From a virus, in the IMG/VR virus record IMGVR_UViG_3300042934_000171, positions 1 to 41,221 of that record: a DNA stretch of 41,221 bases; one strand, written 5' to 3'. Positions within the stretch are counted from its first letter, which is position 1, and the number at the start of each line of letters is the position of its first letter. The position numbers and the translations under genes are program-made. The notes beneath the pieces were generated by a model that saw nothing but the letters and a program-made list of their open reading frames with translations, had not been told where the DNA came from and did not search any database. Below are positions 8,557 to 17,382 of the stretch, piece after piece.

Positions 8557-9089
8557 GCAAGAGACCTATTGTAGTCAATCTCTTCGCAGGACCTGGAGCT
8601 GGCAAGTCAACGATTGCCGCAGGTGTCTTTGAGGAACTCAAGTGGCAAGGCGTGGAAGTCGAGCTAGTCCGTGAGTTCGCTAAGGATGAAGTATGGGCAG
8701 ACCATAAGAAATCCTTTGGCAACCAACTGTATCTCACAGGTATCCAAAGTCATCGTCAGTTTGTCCTTAGGGATGAAGTGGATGTAGTCATCACGGATTC
8801 CCCGATTATCTTAGGGTGTCTATATGGAGCCTCTCCTAAGTTATCCGAGGCTCTCCTTGAGGAGTTCAATCAGTATAACAATATCAACTACTTCCTCCAA
8901 AGGACCAAGGCTTACAATCCAAAGGGCCGCAATCAAAATGCAGAAGAGGCAAAGACTGTAGATTTTCAGTCCCTCCTGTTCTTAATTGATTCAGGCATTC
9001 CTTATACTCCACTCAAGGCAGACCGAGAGGCAAAGCATGCAATAGTCGAGAGGGTTCTTAAGGAACTCCAAGGGAGGGCTGAAGAATGA
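8553..9089 (+). CDS. P-loop NTPase / kinase-like protein
   Basis: Walker A GPGAGKST near the N-terminus and Walker B-like VVITDSP. TTG start overlaps the upstream stop. Confidence 0.6.
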   Translation: MSKRPIVVNLFAGPGAGKSTIAAGVFEELKWQGVEVELVREFAKDEVWADHKKSFGNQLYLTGIQSHRQFVLRDEVDVVITDSPIILGCLYGASPKLSEALLEEFNQYNNINYFLQRTKAYNPKGRNQNAEEAKTVDFQSLLFLIDSGIPYTPLKADREAKHAIVERVLKELQGRAEE

Positions 9090-9388
9090 CAAACGAAATG
9101 AAAGCAGGGGGTTGCACTTTAATCATTGGCCTACTATGCCTATTCATGCTCCTTTGGGTGTTCACGCCTTCAGAATCTCATCCAGTATCCCTTTATGAAC
9201 CTGGAGATATTTCGTACTGCAAACTTGCAGGTCCTTATGTCCAAGAAGTAATCCTCATTCACAAGGACCCTCATAAGCCTTCCTACTGGATTGTTAGAAA
9301 TTCAAAAGGCAATAGTAATAGCTTCATGAGGGTCTCTGAAGATGAACTTATGGGAGTGAAAGAAAACCCAAAGGAGGTCCTCAAGTAA
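9086..9388 (+). CDS. small membrane-anchored protein
   Basis: N-terminal hydrophobic segment CTLIIGLLCLFMLLWVF. SD AAGGGAGGG. Confidence 0.6.
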   Translation: MTNEMKAGGCTLIIGLLCLFMLLWVFTPSESHPVSLYEPGDISYCKLAGPYVQEVILIHKDPHKPSYWIVRNSKGNSNSFMRVSEDELMGVKENPKEVLK

Positions 9389-9606
9389 TGTTTGAATTCG
9401 GTAAAAAGAAATCAAAAGAGAGTCCGTTCAAGCCGGGACAACAGGCTCTCCATGTAGCGTGGAGCGATAACAAAGTGTCTACTGTGAAGCTCCTTCAGTA
9501 TCGTATTGACGAGGAAAGAGGCTTTATGTGGATCGTTGAGTTTCCAAATGGAGAGCGTAAGGAAGTTTGGGAAGGAATACTGAGAGTCAAAGGAGAGTTA
9601 GCATGA
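9388..9606 (+). CDS. hypothetical small protein (MFEFGKKK family; VEFPNG motif)
   Basis: 72-aa ORF. Its 5' end is nearly identical at nucleotide level to that of 9886-10107. Confidence 0.6.
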   Translation: MFEFGKKKSKESPFKPGQQALHVAWSDNKVSTVKLLQYRIDEERGFMWIVEFPNGERKEVWEGILRVKGELA

Positions 9607-9684
9607 CTGACCTTGTGGCCTCCTTAAGTATTCTCAGCTCGCTCTTGCTGTGGGTGTGCTTAAGTAAACCTAGAGGAGGTCAAC

Positions 9685-9885
9685 ATGGATAAGCTCTCTA
9701 TAATTGAGTTTCTCCTTCAAGAGGTTAAGGAAGAGTTAGAGCTTCTAGCCGAGTTTCAAGCCTTCCGTAAGGATAATAAGGACTGGTGGAAATGGACTAA
9801 GAGATTCCCTAAGAAGGCATTAATTAAGAGCAACCTCTTGAAGATACGCAAGCTCACCTTAAAGATCACTAAGGAGGTTGAGTGA
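9685..9885 (+). CDS. hypothetical protein
   Basis: ATG follows an AGAGGAGG SD. 66 aa, helical and charged. Confidence 0.55.
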   Translation: MDKLSIIEFLLQEVKEELELLAEFQAFRKDNKDWWKWTKRFPKKALIKSNLLKIRKLTLKITKEVE

Positions 9886-10107
9886 ATGTTTGGATTCGGT
9901 AAAAAGAAGAAGAAAGACCTTGAGAGAGGCATTAAGGTCCTGATTACATCTCGTCATCGCACAGATGTCTTCAAAGGCACTATAGTTCAGCGAGGTAGTG
10001 AGGAGTATGACTGCTGGATCATTGAAGATGAAACAGGCCAGTTGTACGCTATTCCTGAGTGCCGCATTGTTATTTGCGAAGACATACCGGAGGATTCTCA
10101 TGACTGA
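9886..10107 (+). CDS. hypothetical small protein (MFGFGKKK family, paralogue of 9388-9606)
   Basis: Shares the 5' nucleotide block and a similar length with 9388-9606. Confidence 0.6.
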   Translation: MFGFGKKKKKDLERGIKVLITSRHRTDVFKGTIVQRGSEEYDCWIIEDETGQLYAIPECRIVICEDIPEDSHD

Positions 10108-11011
10108 CCTTGTGGCCCTCTCAGGTAGACCCAAGAACAAACTCGTTCAGCTTGCCTTAGACCTCTCTAAGGTCAACCTCAGCAAACTCAAGTTCCCTAT
10201 GTTAGTCTCTGAGAAACTCGATGGAGTCTTCTGCCTCGCCTTGAAGCTCTCTGGAAAGGTTGAGATATTCAGCCGTACTGGAGAGCTTTATACTTCCATG
10301 AGACACATTGAGGAAATCCTTGAGGAGATCATGGATGATGAAGACATTATTATCTTTGAGGCTTATACACCTAACACGGTCCAGGCTGTCATAAGTGGAC
10401 GGTGTAGGGATACCAAAGAGCAGCATCCTGAGTTAATGGCAGGGTGTCATGATCTTATAGGACTCGGTGAGTTCATCTTTGGAGGAGGTAATCGAGATTA
10501 CCTTTTTCGCTCCTTAGGACTGAAGGGTCGTATAGACACCTACAGGAGAGCTAAAGGAACCAAGGAAACCTATTGGACTATCTTTTGTGTTGCTCAGAAA
10601 TGGGTTCAATCTCTTGAGGAAGCTCAGGAATATGCAGCTCACATATGGGACCTTGGAGGCGAAGGGGCAGTCCTTAGGAATCCTCAAGGCTTCTACGCTC
10701 CCGGCAAGCGAAACTCAGACATCATCAAGTTAAAGCAAGGTGTCTCCTTTGACCTTGCGGTCCTCGATGGATACGAAGGTGAAGGGAAATACAAAGGAGT
10801 CCTTGGGGGTCTCATCTGCAAATGGAAGAATGGGAAGACCATTCAAATCTCAGGGATGACCGATGAACAGCGGAGGTCCTGGTGGGCTAACCCTGAGTTA
10901 ATCAAAGGGAAGATAGTCCAAGTGGATGCCATGTGTGAAAGTTCTAAAGGACTCCTGAGGGAGCCTAGGTTCAAAGGGATTCGTACTGATAAAACGGAAG
11001 GGGATTTTTAA
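10100..11011 (+). CDS. ATP-dependent DNA ligase
   Basis: Adenylation motif I SEKLDGV, later EGAVLR and DIIKLK motifs, and an OB-fold-like C-terminus. Start trimmed to ATG 10100 (MTDLVALSG), which overlaps the upstream stop. Confidence 0.88.
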   Translation: MTDLVALSGRPKNKLVQLALDLSKVNLSKLKFPMLVSEKLDGVFCLALKLSGKVEIFSRTGELYTSMRHIEEILEEIMDDEDIIIFEAYTPNTVQAVISGRCRDTKEQHPELMAGCHDLIGLGEFIFGGGNRDYLFRSLGLKGRIDTYRRAKGTKETYWTIFCVAQKWVQSLEEAQEYAAHIWDLGGEGAVLRNPQGFYAPGKRNSDIIKLKQGVSFDLAVLDGYEGEGKYKGVLGGLICKWKNGKTIQISGMTDEQRRSWWANPELIKGKIVQVDAMCESSKGLLREPRFKGIRTDKTEGDF

Positions 11012-11012
11012 T

Positions 11013-11435
11013 ATGTTAAAAGTAGGTCAGAACGTACAAGCAAATGGCAAAGTGGGGGTTAAACACGCTCCTTGGTGTCCCTGTATTCCTGAGTTAAAAT
11101 CCTTTGCAGGGATGATTGGTCAAGTCAAGGAACATTCATTAAGGTCTTCTCAGGTTCAAGTCGAGTTCCCTAATGGTCAGACCTTTTGGTTTCATGAGGA
11201 TGAACTTGAGGTGGTGCCTGAAGAGGTCCTTAAGAAAGGTCAGAAAGTTAAGGTTGTGGATACTTCCAAGTCAGTACACCGTGAATGGGGAACTCCTAAT
11301 ATCAGCAGGGAGCCTGTAGTAGGGGAAGTAGGAACCATTACAGCTATGGATGGTTCTGAGCAACCTTACAAGGTAACATTGGAAGCCGATGGGAAGCCTT
11401 GGTGGTTCTACCCTCAGGAAATCAAAGCAATCTAG
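11013..11435 (+). CDS. hypothetical protein with two internal repeats of a small beta-rich domain
   Basis: Two roughly 65-aa halves share (V/K)GQ.V....G...V(E/T).....G...WF..(D/Q)E(L/I) patterns. Confidence 0.6.
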   Translation: MLKVGQNVQANGKVGVKHAPWCPCIPELKSFAGMIGQVKEHSLRSSQVQVEFPNGQTFWFHEDELEVVPEEVLKKGQKVKVVDTSKSVHREWGTPNISREPVVGEVGTITAMDGSEQPYKVTLEADGKPWWFYPQEIKAI

Positions 11436-11461
11436 TTGGAGAATCGAGACAAATAACATTA

Positions 11462-11662
11462 ATGGATAATTACCTAAGAACACTCAAGGAAATCTTTGAA
11501 CACCCCAAGAAACCCGGAGCGGACTTCTGCCGCTATCATGCCTATCTGATTGCTGAAATGGCAACCCGGAGACATATTGGGTTTGCTGCAGGTCGATGGT
11601 ATGTTTCCCGGAGAGGCACTGCGTTCCTGCAGGCTAACCTCGGGAAGGGAGCGTGGAGCTAA
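11462..11662 (+). CDS. hypothetical protein
   Basis: ORF 11399-11662 trimmed to the first ATG downstream of the preceding gene. Confidence 0.45.
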   Translation: MDNYLRTLKEIFEHPKKPGADFCRYHAYLIAEMATRRHIGFAAGRWYVSRRGTAFLQANLGKGAWS

Positions 11663-11663
11663 G

Positions 11664-11945
11664 ATGGGTGTGGATTTCTACCCTTGTAAGAAATGTGGGG
11701 AGACCTACTGCGACTGCGGGGATATGCTGAATTATTGTGAGGGATGTGGCGAGTACATCTGCACTAATTGTTTGGTTAAACCCGCTGAGTATGACGAGCA
11801 AACTGGTGAAATGAAACTGGAATGCTGTCCTTATTGCTCAGGAACAGTGATTCATAATGATGACCTGTTGGAGTTTCTACTGAAGAAGTATGGGATCACT
11901 CATGCTGAGGCTATTGTTCTCTATAAGGAGGGCAACAATGGCTAA
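11664..11945 (+). CDS. Cys-rich (multi-zinc-ribbon) hypothetical protein
   Basis: CKKCGETYCDC...CEGCGEYICTNC...CCPYC. ATG follows a GGAG. Confidence 0.55.
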   Translation: MGVDFYPCKKCGETYCDCGDMLNYCEGCGEYICTNCLVKPAEYDEQTGEMKLECCPYCSGTVIHNDDLLEFLLKKYGITHAEAIVLYKEGNNG

Positions 11946-12714
11946 ACCTCAAGTTCCCCTCACGCTCCTCTTTGATGGCGACATGATTCTCTTTGAGTCG
12001 TGCTCTGCCGTTGAAACGGAGATCAACTGGGAGGATGACCTATGGACCCTCCATGCAGATGCTGCGGAAGCCAAGGCGAAGATTGACAGTAAGATCCAAG
12101 CACTCACTGAGAAGGTCCTAAGGAAACTCAAGTTTACCGGGAAGTATGAGATCATTCTCTGCTTCACTGATGATGTGAACTTCCGTAAGACCCTCCTTCC
12201 TACCTACAAGGCAAACCGAGCAGGCAAGAGAAAACCTGTCTGCTATAAGGGTGTCAAAGCGTGGGCAATGGAAGCCTATAGGTCTTACTTGAGACCTTCC
12301 TTGGAAGCTGATGATTGCCTCGGGATTCTGTCCACAGGTAAACCTAATTGCATTATCATCAGTGGTGACAAGGACTTCAAGAGTGTCCCCGGTCGCTTCT
12401 TTGATTATCGCCGCGATGAGTTCTATGACATCTCTGAGGAGCAAGCGAACTACTGGCATATGTATCAGGCTCTCATTGGGGACACTGCAGACAACTATGC
12501 AGGGTGTCCAGGGATTGGCCCTAAGACAGCCGAGAAGATCTTAGCTGAGGGAACCGATTGGCCTAACATTGTGAAGACCTTTGAGAAGGCCAAGCTCACT
12601 GAAGCTGATGCACTTCTCCAGGCCCGAGTGGCGAGAATCCTCAGGGTGTCCGATTATGACATGCAAAAGAAGGTGCCTATTCTATGGAGTCCTCCTACTA
12701 CACAGGAAGTGTAA
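11938..12714 (+). CDS. 5'-3' exonuclease (FEN/PIN plus H3TH; T7 gp6 functional equivalent)
   Basis: LLFDGDMILF, FTDDVNFRK..YKANR, SLEADDCLG, ISGDKDF and IGDTADNYAGCPGIGPKTA (H3TH). Confidence 0.9.
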   Translation: MAKPQVPLTLLFDGDMILFESCSAVETEINWEDDLWTLHADAAEAKAKIDSKIQALTEKVLRKLKFTGKYEIILCFTDDVNFRKTLLPTYKANRAGKRKPVCYKGVKAWAMEAYRSYLRPSLEADDCLGILSTGKPNCIIISGDKDFKSVPGRFFDYRRDEFYDISEEQANYWHMYQALIGDTADNYAGCPGIGPKTAEKILAEGTDWPNIVKTFEKAKLTEADALLQARVARILRVSDYDMQKKVPILWSPPTTQEV

Positions 12715-13178
12715 AGGTCACTTATCCTGATCCGCTATCCTTCTTTGGGGACCGTATCATAATCCTTGCAGCTCTCCAAGAGGTTCTCAAAAGACATCGA
12801 GAACAAGGGCATCCCCTTGCGGATGTGGTGGTAGATAAGATTGCTCATGAGTGGCTTCTGAGACTTCTCAGGGAATCCTCTGTGGTTGCCTGCAGGAGTG
12901 GCCCGGACCTTATAGGCATCATCTGCTACTCCATTGAACCCTTTGACCTAGGGACCTGTCAGTGCCTCACGGAGCATCTTGTATTAGCTACAGATGACAG
13001 CGCAGGGTTCGGAAGGGTTGCCGTAGAGATCCTTGAGAAGATCGCTAAGGAGCAACACTGCAAGATGATTGTCTCAGGGAATGCCTTGAGTCTAAATCAA
13101 AAGTTGACTGAGAACCTTTACACTCGTAAGGGTTCTTTCTTATTTTCTCATCAGAATTTTATTAAGGTACTTAGTTAA
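12684..13178 (+). CDS. hypothetical protein, possibly a GNAT-type acetyltransferase
   Basis: SAGFGRVAVEILEKIAKE resembles acetyl-CoA-binding motif A. This is weak evidence. Confidence 0.35.
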   Translation: MESSYYTGSVKVTYPDPLSFFGDRIIILAALQEVLKRHREQGHPLADVVVDKIAHEWLLRLLRESSVVACRSGPDLIGIICYSIEPFDLGTCQCLTEHLVLATDDSAGFGRVAVEILEKIAKEQHCKMIVSGNALSLNQKLTENLYTRKGSFLFSHQNFIKVLS

Positions 13179-13191
13179 CTAAGGCTCTCTA

Positions 13192-13210
13192 ATTGTGACA
13201 CGAAAGGCAT
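13192..13210 (+). promoter_or_regulatory. Candidate phage-RNAP promoter P2a (ATTGTGACACGAAAGG)
   Basis: A copy of the conserved motif, in tandem with P2b 24 bp downstream. It lies at the DNA-metabolism / structural gene boundary. Confidence 0.65.
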
Positions 13211-13215
13211 TCTTT

Positions 13216-13234
13216 ATTGTGACACAAGGAGAGA
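13216..13234 (+). promoter_or_regulatory. Candidate phage-RNAP promoter P2b (ATTGTGACACAAGGAGAG)
   Basis: A copy of the conserved motif, 34 nt upstream of the first structural-module ATG. Confidence 0.65.
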
Positions 13235-13249
13235 AAAGGAGGACACCTA

Positions 13250-13453
13250 ATGGACTACACCAAAGCTCCTCCGGTCACTCAAGCTCTAATAGGTTTCCTT
13301 GAGGAAGCCCTCAGCATGGACTCACTCTTCAATGAAGCAGGTCTTCAAGGTCTAACAGGCCCTGAATGTTTAGGCTTCCTCAGAGGAGCGAGGCATGCTA
13401 TAGGAATCCTTAAGGCAGTCAATAGAGCACAGGAGGAAGGCAGTGGGATGTAA
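13250..13453 (+). CDS. hypothetical protein
   Basis: ATG follows an AAAAGGAGG SD. 67 aa. Confidence 0.6.
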   Translation: MDYTKAPPVTQALIGFLEEALSMDSLFNEAGLQGLTGPECLGFLRGARHAIGILKAVNRAQEEGSGM

Positions 13454-13662
13454 TGTGTTGGAAAGTTAAGATGCCTAAAGTTGCTACCTCTGCTCGTGAC
13501 CTTGTAGCATCCACAGAGTCAGCCGCTCCTGATGCCCCTGTGATGGGGGATATTGAAGACACTTATGGGTCCGGTAAGAAGACCGGGAAGGAATCCCTTA
13601 AGATTACCAAAGCATCTTCATCAGGAAGCTCAACACTAGATACTGACTCCATCTATTTTTAA
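13453..13662 (+). CDS. gp6.7-like small virion protein
   Basis: The N-terminal MCWKVKMPK resembles remembered T7 gp6.7 MCFSPKIKTPK. It has the same position upstream of the portal gene and an S/T/G-rich tail. Confidence 0.55.
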   Translation: MCWKVKMPKVATSARDLVASTESAAPDAPVMGDIEDTYGSGKKTGKESLKITKASSSGSSTLDTDSIYF

Positions 13663-13682
13663 GCAACAAAGGAAGTGATCTA

Positions 13683-13916
13683 TTGGGATCTGTAGGAAAG
13701 ATCGTTGGAAAAATACTCGGGATTAGGAGGCCAAAGCAGGCAGACGTGCCAACCCCTGCACAGCCTGCAGCGGAGGCAGGCGCACCTATGCAAACCCCGG
13801 AGACATCTGCGGATACAGCCGCAACTATACTCCGAAAGAAGGCCAGAGGAAAGCAGAGTCTAACCATACCAACATCTAATGCTTCAGGTACAGGTGGAAC
13901 TGGTCTAAACATATGA
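13683..13916 (+). CDS. gp7.3-like small virion (tail-associated) protein
   Basis: RKKARGKQSLTIPTSNASGTGGTGLNI resembles the remembered T7 gp7.3 C-terminus RKKARAGGKKSLSVARSSGGGINI. TTG start follows an AGGAAGTG SD. Confidence 0.6.
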   Translation: MGSVGKIVGKILGIRRPKQADVPTPAQPAAEAGAPMQTPETSADTAATILRKKARGKQSLTIPTSNASGTGGTGLNI

Positions 13917-15481
13917 AGAAGCAAGTGGTAGACCATTTAGGACCTCAAGCTGAAACAGCGCAGGCCATGTATGGAAGGTTAGAGTCTATTCGCGCTCCTT
14001 ATATCACAAGAGCAGAGCAGGCCGCCGCTTGTACTATCCCATCGTTATTCCCTAAGGAAGGCTCAAGTGGTAGCTCAGAATTCCAGACACCCTTTCAAAG
14101 TGTAGGTGCTCGTGGTCTAAACAACCTGTCATCTAAGTTGATCTTAGCTCTCATGCCTCCGAATAGCCCCTTTGTAAAACTCTCTGCAAGTGAGAAAGAG
14201 AAGAGGGCTTTGGCTTCTGTAGGTGATGAATCTCTATTCGCCAAGATTGACAATATTCTTGCACAACATGAGCAGCGCATGATGAGATGGTGTGAGACCC
14301 ATCAGATAAGAGTGACTGTAGGGGAGGCCTGTAAGCAGCTTCTTGTTGCTGGCAATGGTCTCCTTTTCCTTCCCCCTAAAGAAGGTGGGATCAAACTATA
14401 CCGCTTGAACTCTTATGTTGTAGAAAGGGATGCCTTAGGTAATGTCTTCAATCACATTGCACGAGACACACGCTCCTTTGCATCCCTCCCGGAAAACCTC
14501 AAGGAAACCCTAAGAGCTGGCGGTAAGGAATATGCCCCGGCTGATCCAGTGAACATCTACACGAGGGTCTATCTTGTGAAGAAACGCTGGCTGTCCTTCC
14601 AAGAGCTGGAGGGTAAGATCATCCCAGGATCTGAGCAGAGTTATCCTTTTGATAAGTCCCCTTGGATTCCTGTGAGGATGGTCAAGGTAGATGGTGAGTC
14701 ATATGGTCGAGGTTACATTGAGGAATATCAAGGAGACCTTACATCTCTTGAGGCCCTCTCTAAGGCTATCGTTGAATATGCCGCTGTGGTATCCCGGATT
14801 ATTTTCCTGGTGAATCCTTCAGGGCAAACTTCAGCAAGTGCAGTTACCAAGACCAAGACAGGTGGCTATGTATCAGGCCGCAAGGCAGACATTGAGGCTC
14901 TCACTTTGGACAAATATGCTGACTTCCAGGTAATGAAGGGAGTCGCTGATGCCATTGAGGGTCGGCTGAGTTATGCCTTCCTTTTGAACTCTGCAGTACA
15001 GCGCAACGGTGAGAGAGTCACTGCGGAAGAAATCCGGTATGTGGCCCGAGAGTTAGAGGACACCCTTGGGGGTGTCTATAGTATCCTCTCGGTTGAGCTA
15101 CAGTTACCCCTGGCAAGAAGAATTCAAGCACAACTCCAGGCATCAGGAGAACTTCCTGATCTGCCGAGCGGTAGTATTGATATTCAAATCACAACTGGCT
15201 TTGAAGCACTTGGCAGAGGTAGAGACCTAGAGAAACTTAAGTTGTTCCTAGAATATCTCCAGATGATACCAGGAAGTCAGCAACACCTCAGGGTGGGAGA
15301 TCTCTTAACAATGATTGGGACAGGCTGTAGTCTGGACATCAAGTCTATTGTGCTTGATCCCGCAGAGGTTAAGCAGGAACAACAGCAGGCAGCTTATCAG
15401 GAGATGATGGCGAAGGCTGCTCCACAATTAGCAGGGGCCTTTGGACAGGCTCAATTACAAAATCAAGGAGGCCAAGGATAA
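13913..15481 (+). CDS. Portal (head-tail connector) protein, T7 gp8-like
   Basis: 522 aa, in the position immediately before scaffold and capsid. General gp8-like sequence character. Confidence 0.88.
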   Translation: MKKQVVDHLGPQAETAQAMYGRLESIRAPYITRAEQAAACTIPSLFPKEGSSGSSEFQTPFQSVGARGLNNLSSKLILALMPPNSPFVKLSASEKEKRALASVGDESLFAKIDNILAQHEQRMMRWCETHQIRVTVGEACKQLLVAGNGLLFLPPKEGGIKLYRLNSYVVERDALGNVFNHIARDTRSFASLPENLKETLRAGGKEYAPADPVNIYTRVYLVKKRWLSFQELEGKIIPGSEQSYPFDKSPWIPVRMVKVDGESYGRGYIEEYQGDLTSLEALSKAIVEYAAVVSRIIFLVNPSGQTSASAVTKTKTGGYVSGRKADIEALTLDKYADFQVMKGVADAIEGRLSYAFLLNSAVQRNGERVTAEEIRYVARELEDTLGGVYSILSVELQLPLARRIQAQLQASGELPDLPSGSIDIQITTGFEALGRGRDLEKLKLFLEYLQMIPGSQQHLRVGDLLTMIGTGCSLDIKSIVLDPAEVKQEQQQAAYQEMMAKAAPQLAGAFGQAQLQNQGGQG

Positions 15482-15484
15482 TTA

Positions 15485-16243
15485 ATGGCTATTGAAACAC
15501 AAGCTGATGGAACAGTAGTAACATCTGCAACCGGTTCCGCTGATGATGTAGTCACATTACCGGAGGGTGTAAAGATCACCTCTAGTAACACCTCGACAAT
15601 CGAAATGAAGACCGGAGAAGAAGCCTCAGGTGAGCCCGAGAAGGACCTTGAGGCTTCTTCTAATGTTGACCCTGATGTACAGCTCGAAGCTGATGTTCAA
15701 GGCATCAAGAAAGCTGAAGGCGAGATCAAAGAGGAGCTAACGTCCAAGGGTGTTGACTTTGCTGCTCTGGAGACTGAGTTTGGCACAAGTGGTCAACTCA
15801 GCGAAGAGTCCTACAAGGCGCTGGAGAATGCAGGCTACCCTCGGTCTGCAGTGGATGCCTATACCACAGGATTACAGGCTAAAGCCGAACAGTTTGTCTC
15901 AAGAGTGACCGCTCTGGCTGGTGGCGAGGAAGCTTTTAAGGCTGTCACGACTTTTATTGGTAGTCAAGATGATGCCTATATCAAAGCCTTCAATGATGCC
16001 CTAGATGCTGGCTCCCTTAAGCAGCTTGATCTTGTCATCAAAGGCGCTAAGGCAGATATGGCGGCGAAGTTTGGAACGGACAGCCCAAGCCTCCTTGGGG
16101 GTGACTCAAGTGCATCCACTCAAGGATTCGCCAATCAGGCCGAAATGGTCAAAGCTGTGAACGATCCTAAGTATGCCCGAGATAAGGCCTACACAGAGGG
16201 AGTCAGAGCTAAGATTGCTGCAACCAAGAACATCTTCGCGTAG
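15485..16243 (+). CDS. Scaffolding protein, T7 gp9-like
   Basis: Acidic, Ala/Glu/Lys-rich 252-aa protein between portal and capsid. Confidence 0.8.
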   Translation: MAIETQADGTVVTSATGSADDVVTLPEGVKITSSNTSTIEMKTGEEASGEPEKDLEASSNVDPDVQLEADVQGIKKAEGEIKEELTSKGVDFAALETEFGTSGQLSEESYKALENAGYPRSAVDAYTTGLQAKAEQFVSRVTALAGGEEAFKAVTTFIGSQDDAYIKAFNDALDAGSLKQLDLVIKGAKADMAAKFGTDSPSLLGGDSSASTQGFANQAEMVKAVNDPKYARDKAYTEGVRAKIAATKNIFA

Positions 16244-16251
16244 TAACAATG

Positions 16252-16282
16252 AGGCCCGCCTAATGGTGGGTCTTTTGATTTT
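16252..16282 (+). terminator. Stem-loop with T-tract between scaffold and capsid genes
   Basis: GGCCCGCC (16253-60), loop TAAT, GGTGGGTC (16265-72, with two G-U pairs), then TTTTGATTTT. Confidence 0.55.
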
Positions 16283-16325
16283 CCAAGAAAAAAAAATAAA
16301 CGAAATGAAAGAAGGATTATAACAA

Positions 16326-17306
16326 ATGGCTATTTCAGTTGCAACTCCTGGACTTAAACAAGGCTATGCCGACAAACTTGAGTTATTCCTCAAGAACTCT
16401 GCAGTGGAGACCATCGCGGCCTTCCTTCGCACTTGCGCTACTTTAAACCGCTTCATGACCCGGACTATTGAAAGTGGCAAATCTGCGGCCTTCCCTGTGA
16501 TGGGGCGGGCAGGTGCCACCTATTTAGCTCCTGGTGATTCCTTGGATGCTCAAATCCAAAACATTGCTGGCACTGAGAAGACCATCCTGATTGATGGCTT
16601 ACTGACCGCTGCTGCAATGATTACAGACCTTGATGATGCTATGACACATTGGGATGTTGGCTCGGAATACTCCAAGCAACTTGGGGAAGCTCTAGCTATT
16701 GCCTCTGATGGCGCTATCCTTGCGGAACTCGCTAAGATGGCTGTGGCTGGAACCGCCAACCTCGCTGAATTGGGAACCCCGGCAATCATTGACAAATCTG
16801 TAGCCATTGGTACATCTTTGACCAGTGCAACCCTTGGACAGTACTACCTGGATATGTTACTTGAAATGCAGTATAACCTGGATAGTAATTATGTCCCGCA
16901 AACCGAGCGGACTGCCTTTGTGAAGCCTGATGTAACTGCAGCCTTGGTCAATGCTAAAGTGGTCATCAATAGCGATTACGGCGGTAATAGCTCTATCACT
17001 GAAGGACGTCCCTTCCGTGTTGCAGGCTTTGACCTTATCACTTGTCCTCATCTCACAATTGGTGGCGCAGACAATGCCAAGACCCTTCAAGGCGGCGGCC
17101 ATATCTTCCCGGCTGCGTACACTGCTAAGACCAAGATTATTGCCGCTCATCGTTCTGCTGCTGGCACTCTCAAGCTGAAAGATCTGGGAATTGAGCACGC
17201 TCGTAGAACCGAATACCAAGCCGACATGATAGTCGCTAAGTATATGATGGGTCACGGCGGTCTTCGCCCTGAGGCTGTCCAAATGGGAACTGTTACGTTC
17301 GCCTAA
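16326..17306 (+). CDS. Major capsid protein, T7 gp10-like
   Basis: DKLELFLK, SGKSAAFPVMGR..ATYLAPG, TILIDGLLTA and the C-terminal KYMMGHGGLRPEA are colinear with remembered T7 gp10A. Confidence 0.96.
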   Translation: MAISVATPGLKQGYADKLELFLKNSAVETIAAFLRTCATLNRFMTRTIESGKSAAFPVMGRAGATYLAPGDSLDAQIQNIAGTEKTILIDGLLTAAAMITDLDDAMTHWDVGSEYSKQLGEALAIASDGAILAELAKMAVAGTANLAELGTPAIIDKSVAIGTSLTSATLGQYYLDMLLEMQYNLDSNYVPQTERTAFVKPDVTAALVNAKVVINSDYGGNSSITEGRPFRVAGFDLITCPHLTIGGADNAKTLQGGGHIFPAAYTAKTKIIAAHRSAAGTLKLKDLGIEHARRTEYQADMIVAKYMMGHGGLRPEAVQMGTVTFA

Positions 17307-17328
17307 GCTGTAAATCTATAACATAACT

Positions 17329-17382
17329 AAAAGGGGAAGCTCAGGTGGTCCTTAGGGCCTCTTAGGGGCTTCCCCTTTTTTA
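17329..17382 (+). terminator. Strong rho-independent-type terminator after the capsid gene (T-phi analogue)
   Basis: AAAAGGGGAAGC (17329-40) pairs with GCTTCCCCTTTT (17368-79), followed by a T-run. Confidence 0.8.

Noticed and set aside
17200-17306. Looked for a T7 gene 10A/10B-style -1 frameshift site near the capsid gene 3' end
   Set aside because: I saw no slippery heptamer, and no extended open -1 frame continues beyond the stop.
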